The notes beneath the pieces are model-generated. The model made no database searches. It was not told the origin of the DNA and was given only the letters and a program-made list of their open reading frames with translations. From assembly GCA_964587335.1 (NCBI GenBank), contig CAZPMV010000004.1, positions 1 through 32,150 of the forward strand: a DNA stretch of 32,150 bases, read 5' to 3'. Each line of letters opens with the position of its first letter. The first letter of the stretch is position 1. Shown here one piece after another: positions 11,925 to 19,978 of the stretch. Both the position numbers and the translations under genes were made by a program. This DNA is from an uncultured Anaerolineales bacterium. GTDB taxonomy: Bacteria; Chloroflexota; Anaerolineae; UBA3071.

Positions 11925-11930
11925 CACAGA

Positions 11931-11966
11931 AGCCCCTGGCCAGGTTGCCGGCCAGGGGCTTTTCCT
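11931..11966. terminator. GC-rich hairpin between convergent genes
   Basis: AGCCCCTGGCC (11931-11941) pairs with GGCCAGGGGCT (11950-11960), giving an 11-bp perfect stem and 8-nt loop, followed by TTTCCTC on the plus strand. Confidence 0.6.
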
Positions 11967-11992
11967 CATCTCCAGTACCTGATCACCAGACC

Positions 11993-12670
11993 CTACTCCA
12001 CCTCCTGCCAGTCAAGCCAATGGCAACTGGCGTCCCTGTAAGGCCCCTGGTGATGATGCGGCACAGACACCACAGGGCTGGCAGGGCGACCCGCCTCGTC
12101 CAGCACGACGAGGCTGTAGGTGATGGCCATGCCATCTGGCGGGAAGAGCGGAAAATCGTAGTGACCGAGGTCGCCCGCCCCGGATTTGGTGGTGGTGAAC
12201 GCCTCGTTGCCCCACTGATCAGTGTTGCGCAGCCGCACGTCGGGCAGAGGGTTGCCGCGAGCATCCCACACGTCGCCCATGACATAGAGCCCAGGGCAGC
12301 CACCCGTCGTATGGCGCACCGAGCCCACGGGCAGAAAGCGGTAGCTACCCACAGGGGCAGACGTAGGCGACGGAGTGCCCGTTGATTCCACAAGCGTGGG
12401 CGTAGGAGAGGATCTCAGACGCGTCGTGGGAGTGGACGTGAGCGGAGGGGCAGGTGTGTTGGTGGGGACAGCAACCGTCGGCGCCACCATTGCCGTGGGA
12501 ACCGCAGAGGCCGCGGTGGGCGAGACGACGGCAGCCGCGGGTGTTGGCGGCTGCCAGGCCGGGCCCGAAGGGCCCAGACGACTATTCGAGACCCGCCACG
12601 CGGCATAGGCTCCCACACAGGCAGCCAGGACCACGATCAGAAAGCCAACTGCCAGCCCTCTGGAACGCAC
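11993..12670 (-). CDS. membrane-anchored Pro/Thr/Ala-rich protein with a ~110-aa C-terminal domain of unknown function
   Basis: GTG start preceded by GGAGGA at 6 nt. N-terminal TM segment 'LAVGFLIVVLAACVGAYAAW', a ~90-aa P/T/A-rich linker, then 'YRFLPVGSVRHTTGGCPGLYVMGDVWDARGNPLPDVRL...'. No family recognised. Confidence 0.6.
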   Translation of the reverse strand: MRSRGLAVGFLIVVLAACVGAYAAWRVSNSRLGPSGPAWQPPTPAAAVVSPTAASAVPTAMVAPTVAVPTNTPAPPLTSTPTTRLRSSPTPTLVESTGTPSPTSAPVGSYRFLPVGSVRHTTGGCPGLYVMGDVWDARGNPLPDVRLRNTDQWGNEAFTTTKSGAGDLGHYDFPLFPPDGMAITYSLVVLDEAGRPASPVVSVPHHHQGPYRDASCHWLDWQEVE

Positions 12671-12685
12671 CGAACATCCTCCGAC

Positions 12686-12714
12686 TTGCGCGTTTTTCCC
12701 TTTGATGCTACAAT
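12686..12714 (+). promoter_or_regulatory. sigma70-type promoter with extended -10 for tRNA-Val
   Basis: TTGCGC (12686-12691), a 17-nt spacer, then TGcTACAAT (12706-12714). The tRNA begins 13 nt downstream. Confidence 0.6.
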
Positions 12715-12726
12715 CTTGTCAGTCTC

Positions 12727-12800
12727 GGGCGAGTAGCTCAGTTGGTCAGAGCGCACGGTTCACATCCGTGAGGTCATGGGTTCGAGTCCCTTCTCGCCCA
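12727..12800 (+). tRNA. tRNA-Val (anticodon CAC)
   Basis: Hand-folded cloverleaf. Acceptor GGGCGAG/CTCGCCC, D arm GCTC-AGTTGGTCA-GAGC, anticodon arm CACGG-TTCACAT-CCGTG, T arm ATGGG-TTCGAGT-CCCTT (one U-U mismatch), discriminator A. No encoded CCA. Confidence 0.9.
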
Positions 12801-12808
12801 CTGCGAAA

Positions 12809-12852
12809 GGCCGCCGTCCTCAACCATGCTAGGGACAGCGGCTTCCTTGTTG
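12809..12852 (+). terminator. hairpin plus T-rich tract downstream of tRNA-Val
   Basis: GCCGCCGTCC (12810-12819) pairs with GGACAGCGGC (12833-12842) with one mismatch, followed by TTCCTTGTTG. Confidence 0.5.
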
Positions 12853-12871
12853 TAGGTTGTAGCTAGTGTAG

Positions 12872-14776
12872 CTAGCTCACGCGTTCCTTCTTGTACAACT
12901 CGATCACGTCCCCGACCTTGAAATCCCCAAACCCTTCCAGGCCGATGCCGCATTCGAAGCCAGTTCTGAGTTCCGTAACGTCATCCTTGAAATGCTTCAA
13001 GGAATCCACCCGCCCCTCGTAGATGAGGTCGCCATCGCGAGCAATACGTGCCAGCGCGTTGCGGGTGACGAGGCCATCGGCTACGTAGCAACCGGCGATC
13101 TTGCGCCGCTTAGGTAGGCTGAATACCGCCCGTATCTCGGCATGGCCGATGACCATGTCTTCATACACCGGTTCCAGCAGCCCCTTGAGGGCCTTATCCA
13201 CATCCTCCACCAGCTTGTAGATGATGTCATAGATACGGATGTCCACACCCTCAGAGTCAGCCATCTTCAGGGCCCCGGGATCCGCAACGACGCGGAAGCC
13301 AATGATGATCGCATTGGAGGCAACGGCCAGCATGACGTCCGACTCGCTGATGTTGCCAGTCGTCTGGCGCAGCAGCTTGACCTTGAGCTCCTCACCCCCC
13401 AGTTCTTTCAGGGAGTTGACGATGGGCTCAATGGAACCTTGCACATCAGTCTTGACGATCAGGTTCAGTTGCTTGACCTTGCCATTTTGCACTCCGGCAA
13501 AGAAATCATCCAGACTCACCATCTTGGGCCCGGCGGCCTGCGATTGGGCCTCTCGCTGCTGGGCAGCCCGTTGTGCAGATATCGATCGGGCTGTCTTCTC
13601 GTCGGGCATGACTTCGAAGATATCGCCAGCCACAGCCACCTCGGGAAGTCCCATGATGGCCACGGGCATGGACGGAGACGCGTCGCTGATCACCCCTCCC
13701 TTGTCATCGAACATGGCTCGCACACGGCCATGGTTCGTGCCCACGAGAACGATATCGCCCTGACGCAGAGTGCCACTCTGGACCAACAGCGTGGCCACGG
13801 GTCCCCGCGTCCTATCCAGCTTGGCTTCAATCACCGTCCCGATGGCCGGGCCATCGGGATTCGCCTTGAGCTCAGCTACCTCCGTGACCAGCAGGATATT
13901 CTCCAACAGCTCCTCAATGCCTTGCTTGAACTTGGCCGAGACGGGCACGCAGATCACGTCTCCGCCCCACTCCTCAGGTATCAGGTCAAGATCGGCCAAC
14001 TCCTGTTTCACCCGATCCGGGTTGGCTCCGGGCCTGTCTATCTTGTTCAGTACCACAAGGATCGGCACCTGTGCGGCGCGGGCGTGGTCAATCGCCTCCC
14101 TGGTCTGAGGCATGACACCGTCGTTGGCAGCCACCACGAGCAGGGCCAAGTCTGTCACCTCAGCGCCCCGTGCTCGGATGGCGGTGAAAGCTTCGTGTCC
14201 CGGTGTGTCCAGAAAGGTGATCTTGCGCCCGTCGACATCCACCTGATAGGCACCGATGTGCTGCGTGATTCCTCCAGACTCCGCAGCGACCACGTTGGTG
14301 CTGCGAATCACATCCAGCAGCGTCGTCTTGCCGTGATCCACGTGCCCGAGCACGGTGACTACCGGTGGGCGGCTCTGGAGCTTCTCTTCCGACGTTTCGG
14401 CCTCCATCAGTTGCTGACGCAAGGTCTTCGACTCTTCTGGCTTCTCGGGCTCTTCCAACTCGGGTGGTTCCTCCAACTTGACTCCGATTCCCAATTCCTC
14501 TCCCACGACGGCGGCAGTATCGAAATCAATGGTCTGGGTAATCGGCGCCATGATGCCGTAGCTCATCAAAATCTTCATGACCTCGATGGGGCTGCACTGC
14601 ATCTGGTTGGACAGATCACGCACTGTGATGAACCCAGGAATGACGATGCTCGTCGGCCGCGATGGCGATGCCGCTGTCCTTGGCGGCGCGCCAGCTGCAC
14701 GGGCAGATGAACCGCGCTTGGGCCTGCCCCTGGTCGGCCTTCGTCGTCGGTTTTGCCTCCTCTTCTTCCTTGCCAT
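12872..14776 (-). CDS. infB: translation initiation factor IF-2
   Basis: G-domain motifs '[12 protein letters not shown]', 'DTPGHEAF' and 'NKID'. The length and C-terminal '[10 protein letters not shown]' are typical. I prefer ATG 14776 (GAAGGAGAG 7 nt upstream) over the in-frame GTG at 14782. Confidence 0.95.
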   Translation of the reverse strand: MARKKRRQNRRRRPTRGRPKRGSSARAAGAPPRTAASPSRPTSIVIPGFITVRDLSNQMQCSPIEVMKILMSYGIMAPITQTIDFDTAAVVGEELGIGVKLEEPPELEEPEKPEESKTLRQQLMEAETSEEKLQSRPPVVTVLGHVDHGKTTLLDVIRSTNVVAAESGGITQHIGAYQVDVDGRKITFLDTPGHEAFTAIRARGAEVTDLALLVVAANDGVMPQTREAIDHARAAQVPILVVLNKIDRPGANPDRVKQELADLDLIPEEWGGDVICVPVSAKFKQGIEELLENILLVTEVAELKANPDGPAIGTVIEAKLDRTRGPVATLLVQSGTLRQGDIVLVGTNHGRVRAMFDDKGGVISDASPSMPVAIMGLPEVAVAGDIFEVMPDEKTARSISAQRAAQQREAQSQAAGPKMVSLDDFFAGVQNGKVKQLNLIVKTDVQGSIEPIVNSLKELGGEELKVKLLRQTTGNISESDVMLAVASNAIIIGFRVVADPGALKMADSEGVDIRIYDIIYKLVEDVDKALKGLLEPVYEDMVIGHAEIRAVFSLPKRRKIAGCYVADGLVTRNALARIARDGDLIYEGRVDSLKHFKDDVTELRTGFECGIGLEGFGDFKVGDVIELYKKERVS

Positions 14777-14870
14777 GTCCACTCTCCTTCAGGTAATAGC
14801 CCGGCCCTTTGGCCACCTTTCTCTTCCCGCGAGCCGCTGTCACCAGCGTTCCGCCCGAGGAAGCACCCGG

Positions 14871-15203
14871 CTATTCCGCTACACTTCCCCGCAACTCACC
14901 ACGCGTTGGATCTTCAACCTCAACAAGCACTTGCGCAAACTCGGCTAGCTTCTCCCTCTCTTCGGCACTCAGTTTAGTCTTCAGGGCACGGTCCAACTGC
15001 TGCTGCGCCAAGGCCCGTTCCCAGCATTCCCGGGTACGGCAGAGGTAGGCCCCCCTCCCAGCTTGCTTGCCGGTGAGGTCCACCTGCACATCCCCAGATG
15101 GCGTGCGCACGATGCGAACCAGCTCCCGCTTACCCTGCACTTCACGGCAGGCCACGCACGTGCGCTGCGGCATGCGTTTTCTGCGTTTGCGCCCCTTGGC
15201 CAT
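14871..15203 (-). CDS. ylxR: YlxR/RnpM family (DUF448) RNA-binding protein
   Basis: 'MPQRTCVACREVQGKRELVRIVR...GRGAYLC' is the DUF448 signature. It sits in the conserved position between nusA and infB. ATG 15203 (MAKGRKRRKRMPQRTC) lies after the nusA stop; the track start at 15239 would overlap nusA. Confidence 0.85.
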   Translation of the reverse strand: MAKGRKRRKRMPQRTCVACREVQGKRELVRIVRTPSGDVQVDLTGKQAGRGAYLCRTRECWERALAQQQLDRALKTKLSAEEREKLAEFAQVLVEVEDPTRGELRGSVAE

Positions 15204-15211
15204 GATTGACA

Positions 15212-16855
15212 CTAAAGATATTCGTCGCCTTCGTCCCAACCGCCACTCCCGCGTTTGCGACGGCGAATGGCTATCGTCTGGCCGAGCTCTTCATCGTAGA
15301 CCACATGCCGCCGGCGATCAACGTCTCGCCTGCGCTTCGCGGCCTTTTCCCGCTCTTCGTCTTCGTCTTCACCTTCATCCTCGAAGGATGCTTCACCCAC
15401 ATCCCCTAAGTCAACCTCGTCTTCTTCCTCAGCCACTTCAGGTGGTACCTCAGCTTCCGGTGACAGTTCTTCGACTTCGAGGGGCACGCCAGCTTCCGGC
15501 GCCACCTCTTCGACCTCCTGGGATACCACTTCAGCTTCCTCGGGCAGTCGCGCCTCCTCCACCTTGGCAGTGTCCTCCACCTCCTCCACTGCCTCTGGCG
15601 CCTCAGGGGCGGCAACCTTACCCTCCTCTTCGGGTTCCCTTTCGGCTTCCATCGGGACTTCTGCAGGCTCAGGCTCGGCCTCCAACTCAGCCTTGACAAC
15701 GTCTCGTCCTTCCCTTAGGATGCCCTGAACAGTCTCCAGCAAGCCTCGCTTCCGCTCTTCCTCAGCAAGAACCTGCTGCCGTGCTAACTCGAGTAGCCCT
15801 TCTCCGCCGGCCTCCGTATCTCCCTTGATGTCAATACGCCAACCGGTGAGCTTGGCAGCCAGACGAGCATTTTGCCCTTCCCTGCCGATGGACAGAGAAA
15901 GCTGCCTGTCAGGGACGATGACGACAGCCGTACGGCCATTGTCGCGTTCATCCAGCAACACAGAGAGCGGCTTGGCCGGGCTGAGCGCATTGCGGATGAA
16001 GGTTCGCGTGTCCGCACTCCAAGCGATGACGTCGATCTTTTCACCGTTGAGTTCAACAACGATGTTCTGAATGCGATTGCCGCGCATGCCTACACAACAG
16101 CCGACCGGTTCCACACCAGGCTGCAATGCTGCAACCGCCACCTTGGAGCGATGCCCTGGCTCGCGTGCAAGGGCCTTGATCTCCACGATGCCCTTGCTTA
16201 TCTCAGGCACCTCATTCTCCAATAAGCGGCGCAGCATGTGACGGTGAGTGCGGCTGAGGCTGAGTATCGTTCCGCGGCTGCCCCGCTTCACCTCCATCAA
16301 ATAAGCTCTGACCAGGCTGCCTCGATGGTAACGTTCGTTGGGAAGCTGGTCCTCCCTACGCAACACGCCCTCGGATTGCTCGATGTTAATGATCACATCG
16401 CCCGTGCGAGGGACAAAGCGCTGCACCCTGCCGGAGACAATCTCCCCCTCTCGCTGGGAGAAGTGCTCGTAGGTGTTCTCGCGCTCCGCTTCGCGTATGC
16501 GCTGCATGATGACCTGCTTAGCCGTCTGCGCGGCGATGCGCCCGAAGTTGTCCGGCGTGCTTTCGAGGGTCACAGACCCCTCGAGTTCAGACTGAGGGTC
16601 TATGTCCCTCGCCTCAGCCAAGGATACCTGCAGTCGCGGGTCGGTGACTTCCTCCACCACCTCTTTCTCGACATAGATATGCATCTCCCCCGTCACGGGG
16701 TCAACCTGTGCCTGGATGTTATCGCCAGACACGCCGTAGTTGCGCTTGTAGGCCGATACCAACGCCACCTCGAGGGCTTCCAGGACTGTCTCCGTGGGCA
16801 GCCCTCTCTCCGTGGCCAGGTGACGGATGGCTGCCACCAGTGGCTGGTTCTTCAT
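15212..16855 (-). CDS. nusA: transcription termination/antitermination factor NusA with a ~190-aa acidic C-terminal extension
   Basis: The N-terminal, S1 and KH1/KH2 regions are recognisable ('ALEVALVSAYKR', 'GEIVSGRVQR', 'AREPGHRSKVAV', 'CVGMRGNRIQNIV', 'IGREGQNARLAAKLTGWRIDI'). AAGGAG lies 6 nt before ATG 16855. Confidence 0.95.
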   Translation of the reverse strand: MKNQPLVAAIRHLATERGLPTETVLEALEVALVSAYKRNYGVSGDNIQAQVDPVTGEMHIYVEKEVVEEVTDPRLQVSLAEARDIDPQSELEGSVTLESTPDNFGRIAAQTAKQVIMQRIREAERENTYEHFSQREGEIVSGRVQRFVPRTGDVIINIEQSEGVLRREDQLPNERYHRGSLVRAYLMEVKRGSRGTILSLSRTHRHMLRRLLENEVPEISKGIVEIKALAREPGHRSKVAVAALQPGVEPVGCCVGMRGNRIQNIVVELNGEKIDVIAWSADTRTFIRNALSPAKPLSVLLDERDNGRTAVVIVPDRQLSLSIGREGQNARLAAKLTGWRIDIKGDTEAGGEGLLELARQQVLAEEERKRGLLETVQGILREGRDVVKAELEAEPEPAEVPMEAEREPEEEGKVAAPEAPEAVEEVEDTAKVEEARLPEEAEVVSQEVEEVAPEAGVPLEVEELSPEAEVPPEVAEEEDEVDLGDVGEASFEDEGEDEDEEREKAAKRRRDVDRRRHVVYDEELGQTIAIRRRKRGSGGWDEGDEYL

Positions 16856-17009
16856 CACTGACTCCTTAAACCCTGATAACCTCGAAAACGCTACTGCCCT
16901 CTACCGATTACAAGGATGTCGATTCTCTAACCTGCGGCAGACATGCCGTTCCTCGCCAGCGATTGTGAACTGCTCACTTGTCGAGTCATGAATGCCAGTA
17001 AAACCTATC

Positions 17010-17046
17010 CCCTTACAGCAAGAAAAGTGGGGGTCACCCACTTTCC
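17010..17046 (-). terminator. intrinsic-terminator-like hairpin; either the terminator of the upstream operon or an attenuator in the nusA leader
   Basis: Minus-strand RNA GGAAAGUGGG-UGACC-CCCACUUUUC (8 Watson-Crick pairs plus G-U and G-C), followed by UUGCUGU. It lies ~50 nt 3' of the 17094 stop and ~165 nt 5' of the nusA start. Confidence 0.45.
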
Positions 17047-17072
17047 AAACGCGGACTCTCCGAACCAGCCAG

Positions 17073-17101
17073 AGTATAGCACAGATCAGTGATCTAGGCA
17101 A
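17073..17101 (-). promoter_or_regulatory. sigma70-type promoter with extended -10, upstream of nusA
   Basis: The minus strand reads TTGCCT (17101..17096), a 17-nt spacer, then TGcTATACT (17081..17073). The -35 box overlaps the stop codon of the preceding gene. Confidence 0.5.
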
Positions 17102-18011
17102 ATGCGGACTCGAGACATCCTGCTTCCTTCAAATCCTGCCACGCCGCTCGTATCTCCGCATCATCGAAATACCAGTCGAACTCGCAGACACGGACGGCAT
17201 CGGCTGGCAGGCAACGGGCGATGCCAGCGAAGTGCACCTCCCCCATACCCGGGAGCAGATGATCGCGCACACCGATGCTATCATGGAAATGCACCCCCAC
17301 GATGCGCTCACCGCAGACTGCTAGCCACTCCTCGTGGCTGTCGAACCCCAGATTGGCCAGCACCTGCGCATGTCCTGTGTCGTACCAGAACCCGACCACA
17401 TCCGGGTCATGTTCCGCCAGCAGAGTGCGCATCTCGGCCAGCGTGGGCATTTCGAAGAAACAGCGACGGTTTTCGAGCCCCAGCCGCACGCCAGCTCGGG
17501 CAGCATGGTCGGCCAATTCGCTCAGGCTGCGACGGGCGGCAGCAAAGTGGAGTGGCTGCCGCTCTGCCCGCTGCCGCACCACCTGCTCATGCAACGCCAC
17601 ATAGGCCGATGAGCCAGCCTGCCCCACCCGATAGCGTTGCTCCAACGCCCAACAGAGGTGAACGTCCATCTCCACCCACCCCAGGTGCAGACAGACCACC
17701 CTCGCCCCCATAGCCTTGGCGAAGTCAATGGAGCGATAGCCCTGAGCTACAGCCCAGCGCCGTTCATCTTCGCACAACGAAGCCAGCAGTTTGTCCCCTT
17801 TGACGCCGCTGTCGTGATAGATTGAGGGTGCCGGGTAGTGCAGGCTCGCTACGCTGACCTCGCCGGGCTGCAAGCCTTCCACCATGGCCGGCGTGACGTA
17901 GTGGCTCAATTCGATGGCGTCAAAGCCCAGGGCTTGGGCCGAAGCCGCGAAGGGGCGTACGTGATCGAAGCGGTGCTGCATCCACATGGTGGACAGCACA
18001 ACGTTGCTCAT
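17094..18011 (-). CDS. sugar phosphate isomerase/epimerase (xylose isomerase-like TIM barrel, AP_endonuc_2 family)
   Basis: 305 aa. 'FDAIELS', 'VRLGLEN', 'FWYDTGHA' and 'HFHD' are spaced as the metal-ligand pattern of this family. Confidence 0.75.
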   Translation of the reverse strand: MSNVVLSTMWMQHRFDHVRPFAASAQALGFDAIELSHYVTPAMVEGLQPGEVSVASLHYPAPSIYHDSGVKGDKLLASLCEDERRWAVAQGYRSIDFAKAMGARVVCLHLGWVEMDVHLCWALEQRYRVGQAGSSAYVALHEQVVRQRAERQPLHFAAARRSLSELADHAARAGVRLGLENRRCFFEMPTLAEMRTLLAEHDPDVVGFWYDTGHAQVLANLGFDSHEEWLAVCGERIVGVHFHDSIGVRDHLLPGMGEVHFAGIARCLPADAVRVCEFDWYFDDAEIRAAWQDLKEAGCLESAFA

Positions 18012-18862
18012 CGGACCCTCCCATACTGCTGACCGACAATGGCCTGCCCCGCCGGGCTGAGGACGAAATCAACGAACGCCAGCGTCTCGCCGTCCGGCTC
18101 AGACGGTGCGACCAGGTACAGCGGACGGGTCAGGTGATAGATGCCACCCTGCACGGTATCCGGCGTGGGGTACGCCCCTTCGATGCGCAGCACCTCACCC
18201 TGCCTCTTTGTCTCCTTGTCCTCTTGTCCCGAAGGCGTCAAGTAGCCCATAGAGACATAGCCTATGGCCGTGCTGTGACGGGTGACATATCCGATCACCG
18301 CCGTGCTGGAAGGCATAACGATGGCCGTCAGCGTGACCGGCTGCTCGCCCATCAGTTGCTGTTCGAGCGCAGCCCGCGTGCCCGACCCATCCTCGCGGCT
18401 GACGACGAGGATGTCGCCAGCCTTGCCGCCGACGTCTTGCCAATCCAGCGTCCAGCCTGCGTAGATGCTGCGCAACTGCAGCAGTGTCAGCTCGTCCACC
18501 GGGTTACCAGGATGTACAACGATGGCGACTCCATCCCAGGCAATAGGAGTTGCAGCGTAGGGCTGTGGCGTTTCATCTTCTGCAGACAGCGGCAACCAGG
18601 AGCATGCAGCCAGGTCAATCTCGCCCATCTGCAGTCGCTCCAGGCCCAGGCGCGAACCGCCCCCCTCAATCTCCAGCCGAACGTGCGGGTGGCTTTGGGC
18701 ATAGGCCGTGGCCAGGTCCGAAAGCAGCGGCATCATGGCCGTGGAGCCGGCAATGCGCAGCATGAGCGGCGCGGGCGGCGTTACCGCAGTACCGCAGGCT
18801 GCCAACAAAGTGCCCAATACCCAACATCCAATAACCAATATCCAAGCAAGACGCTGGTTCAT
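18008..18862 (-). CDS. PstS-family (PBP_like_2) phosphate-binding-type lipoprotein
   Basis: Lipobox 'LLAAC'. 'LRIAGSTAMMPL', 'GGGSRLGL' and 'SREDGSGTRAALE' match PstS-like binding proteins. ATGA overlaps occur at both ends. No pstC/A/B genes are in the window. Confidence 0.75.
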   Translation of the reverse strand: MNQRLAWILVIGCWVLGTLLAACGTAVTPPAPLMLRIAGSTAMMPLLSDLATAYAQSHPHVRLEIEGGGSRLGLERLQMGEIDLAACSWLPLSAEDETPQPYAATPIAWDGVAIVVHPGNPVDELTLLQLRSIYAGWTLDWQDVGGKAGDILVVSREDGSGTRAALEQQLMGEQPVTLTAIVMPSSTAVIGYVTRHSTAIGYVSMGYLTPSGQEDKETKRQGEVLRIEGAYPTPDTVQGGIYHLTRPLYLVAPSEPDGETLAFVDFVLSPAGQAIVGQQYGRVR

Positions 18863-19680
18863 CGCAGCAAGGTAAAGAGGAGGATGGTCACTCCGACAAC
18901 GGCGCAGTAGATGGCGAAGGGATAGAGACGACCGCGTTGCAGGTAGCGCAGCAGGAAACGGATGCAGCAGTAGCCGCTGGCCGCCGCAGCCAGGAAGCCT
19001 ACGATCAGGGCAGGCAGTTGCCCGCTGGCCCCGGCTGCGCCGAAGAGATCCACTAGCTTGAACAGCCCGGCGCCGAAGATGATGGGAGTGGAGAGCAGGA
19101 AGGAGTAGCGGGCGGCGACTTCGCGCCGCAGCCCTCGCGCCAGCCCCATGCCTATCGTGGCTCCAGAGCGGGAGATGCCGGGGGCGATGGCTGCTGCCTG
19201 CGCCAGCCCGATGAGCAGCGCGTCGGCCGCGCCCATCTGTTGCAGCCTCTTATTGCGGCGACCCCAGCGCTCGCTGGCGGCGAGGATGGCCGCCGTCAGC
19301 AGCAGGAACCCGGCCGCGGCGGGCGGCGTGTCGAACAGCGTTTCGAACCACTCCTCGAATAGCCAACCGACAAGCGCCGCCGGCAGCGTGCCGATGACGA
19401 TCCACCAGGCCAACCGTTCATCCCCCTCCCATTCTCCATTGTCCAATCTCCTGTTTACAATTCCCCTCACCCAGGCCTTCGCCAGCCGCCACAAATCCTC
19501 CCAGAACACCGCCAGCAAAGCAGCCAGCGTGCCCCAGTGCACCACGGTATCGAAGACCAGCCCTGGCGCGGGCCAGCCCAGCAGCCACGGCGCCAGCACT
19601 AGATGGCCGGAACTGCTCACCGGTATGAACTCGGTGGCCCCTTGGATGAGGCCGAGGATGAGAGCTCTGATTAAGTCCAA
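18859..19680 (-). CDS. uppP: undecaprenyl-diphosphate phosphatase
   Basis: 'GLIQGATEFIPVSSSGHLVL' and 'PGISRSGATI' are BacA/UppP signatures. TTG start with AGGAGG 8 nt upstream. Confidence 0.95.
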   Translation of the reverse strand: MDLIRALILGLIQGATEFIPVSSSGHLVLAPWLLGWPAPGLVFDTVVHWGTLAALLAVFWEDLWRLAKAWVRGIVNRRLDNGEWEGDERLAWWIVIGTLPAALVGWLFEEWFETLFDTPPAAAGFLLLTAAILAASERWGRRNKRLQQMGAADALLIGLAQAAAIAPGISRSGATIGMGLARGLRREVAARYSFLLSTPIIFGAGLFKLVDLFGAAGASGQLPALIVGFLAAAASGYCCIRFLLRYLQRGRLYPFAIYCAVVGVTILLFTLLR

Positions 19681-19877
19681 GGTGAATACCTCCTATGCGT
19701 TGATGGTTTGAGATGCGCTGCGCGCCGTGGCGCGTCAAACGTAAAACGTGACGAGGCATCACATCGGTTACGTTTTGCGCTCCACGTTTTACGTGGTTTC
19801 TATGCCCTGCCAACCCGTCTTGCCAGAAGTTACTTCCCTATCGCCGATTCTGATTGCACGCATTATACACCAAGTTC

Positions 19878-19916
19878 AGAGAAAGGAAAACCGCCCATCT
19901 CCGAAAAGATGGGAGG
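19878..19916 (-). terminator. intrinsic terminator of the beta-helix protein gene
   Basis: Minus-strand CCUCCCAUCU-UUUCGG-AGAUGGGCGG (10 bp, one mismatch), followed by UUUUCCUUUC. Confidence 0.6.
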
Positions 19917-19978
19917 TTCTTCGTGTCCCGTGCTCTCTTGCCGCTTGCTCCTCTGCTCCTCTGTGCCCTTGTGCCCTG

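Noticed and set aside
16901-17101. 66-aa ORF upstream of nusA as a candidate rimP.
   Set aside because: It is too short, has no RimP-like sequence, and overlaps the promoter and hairpin elements.
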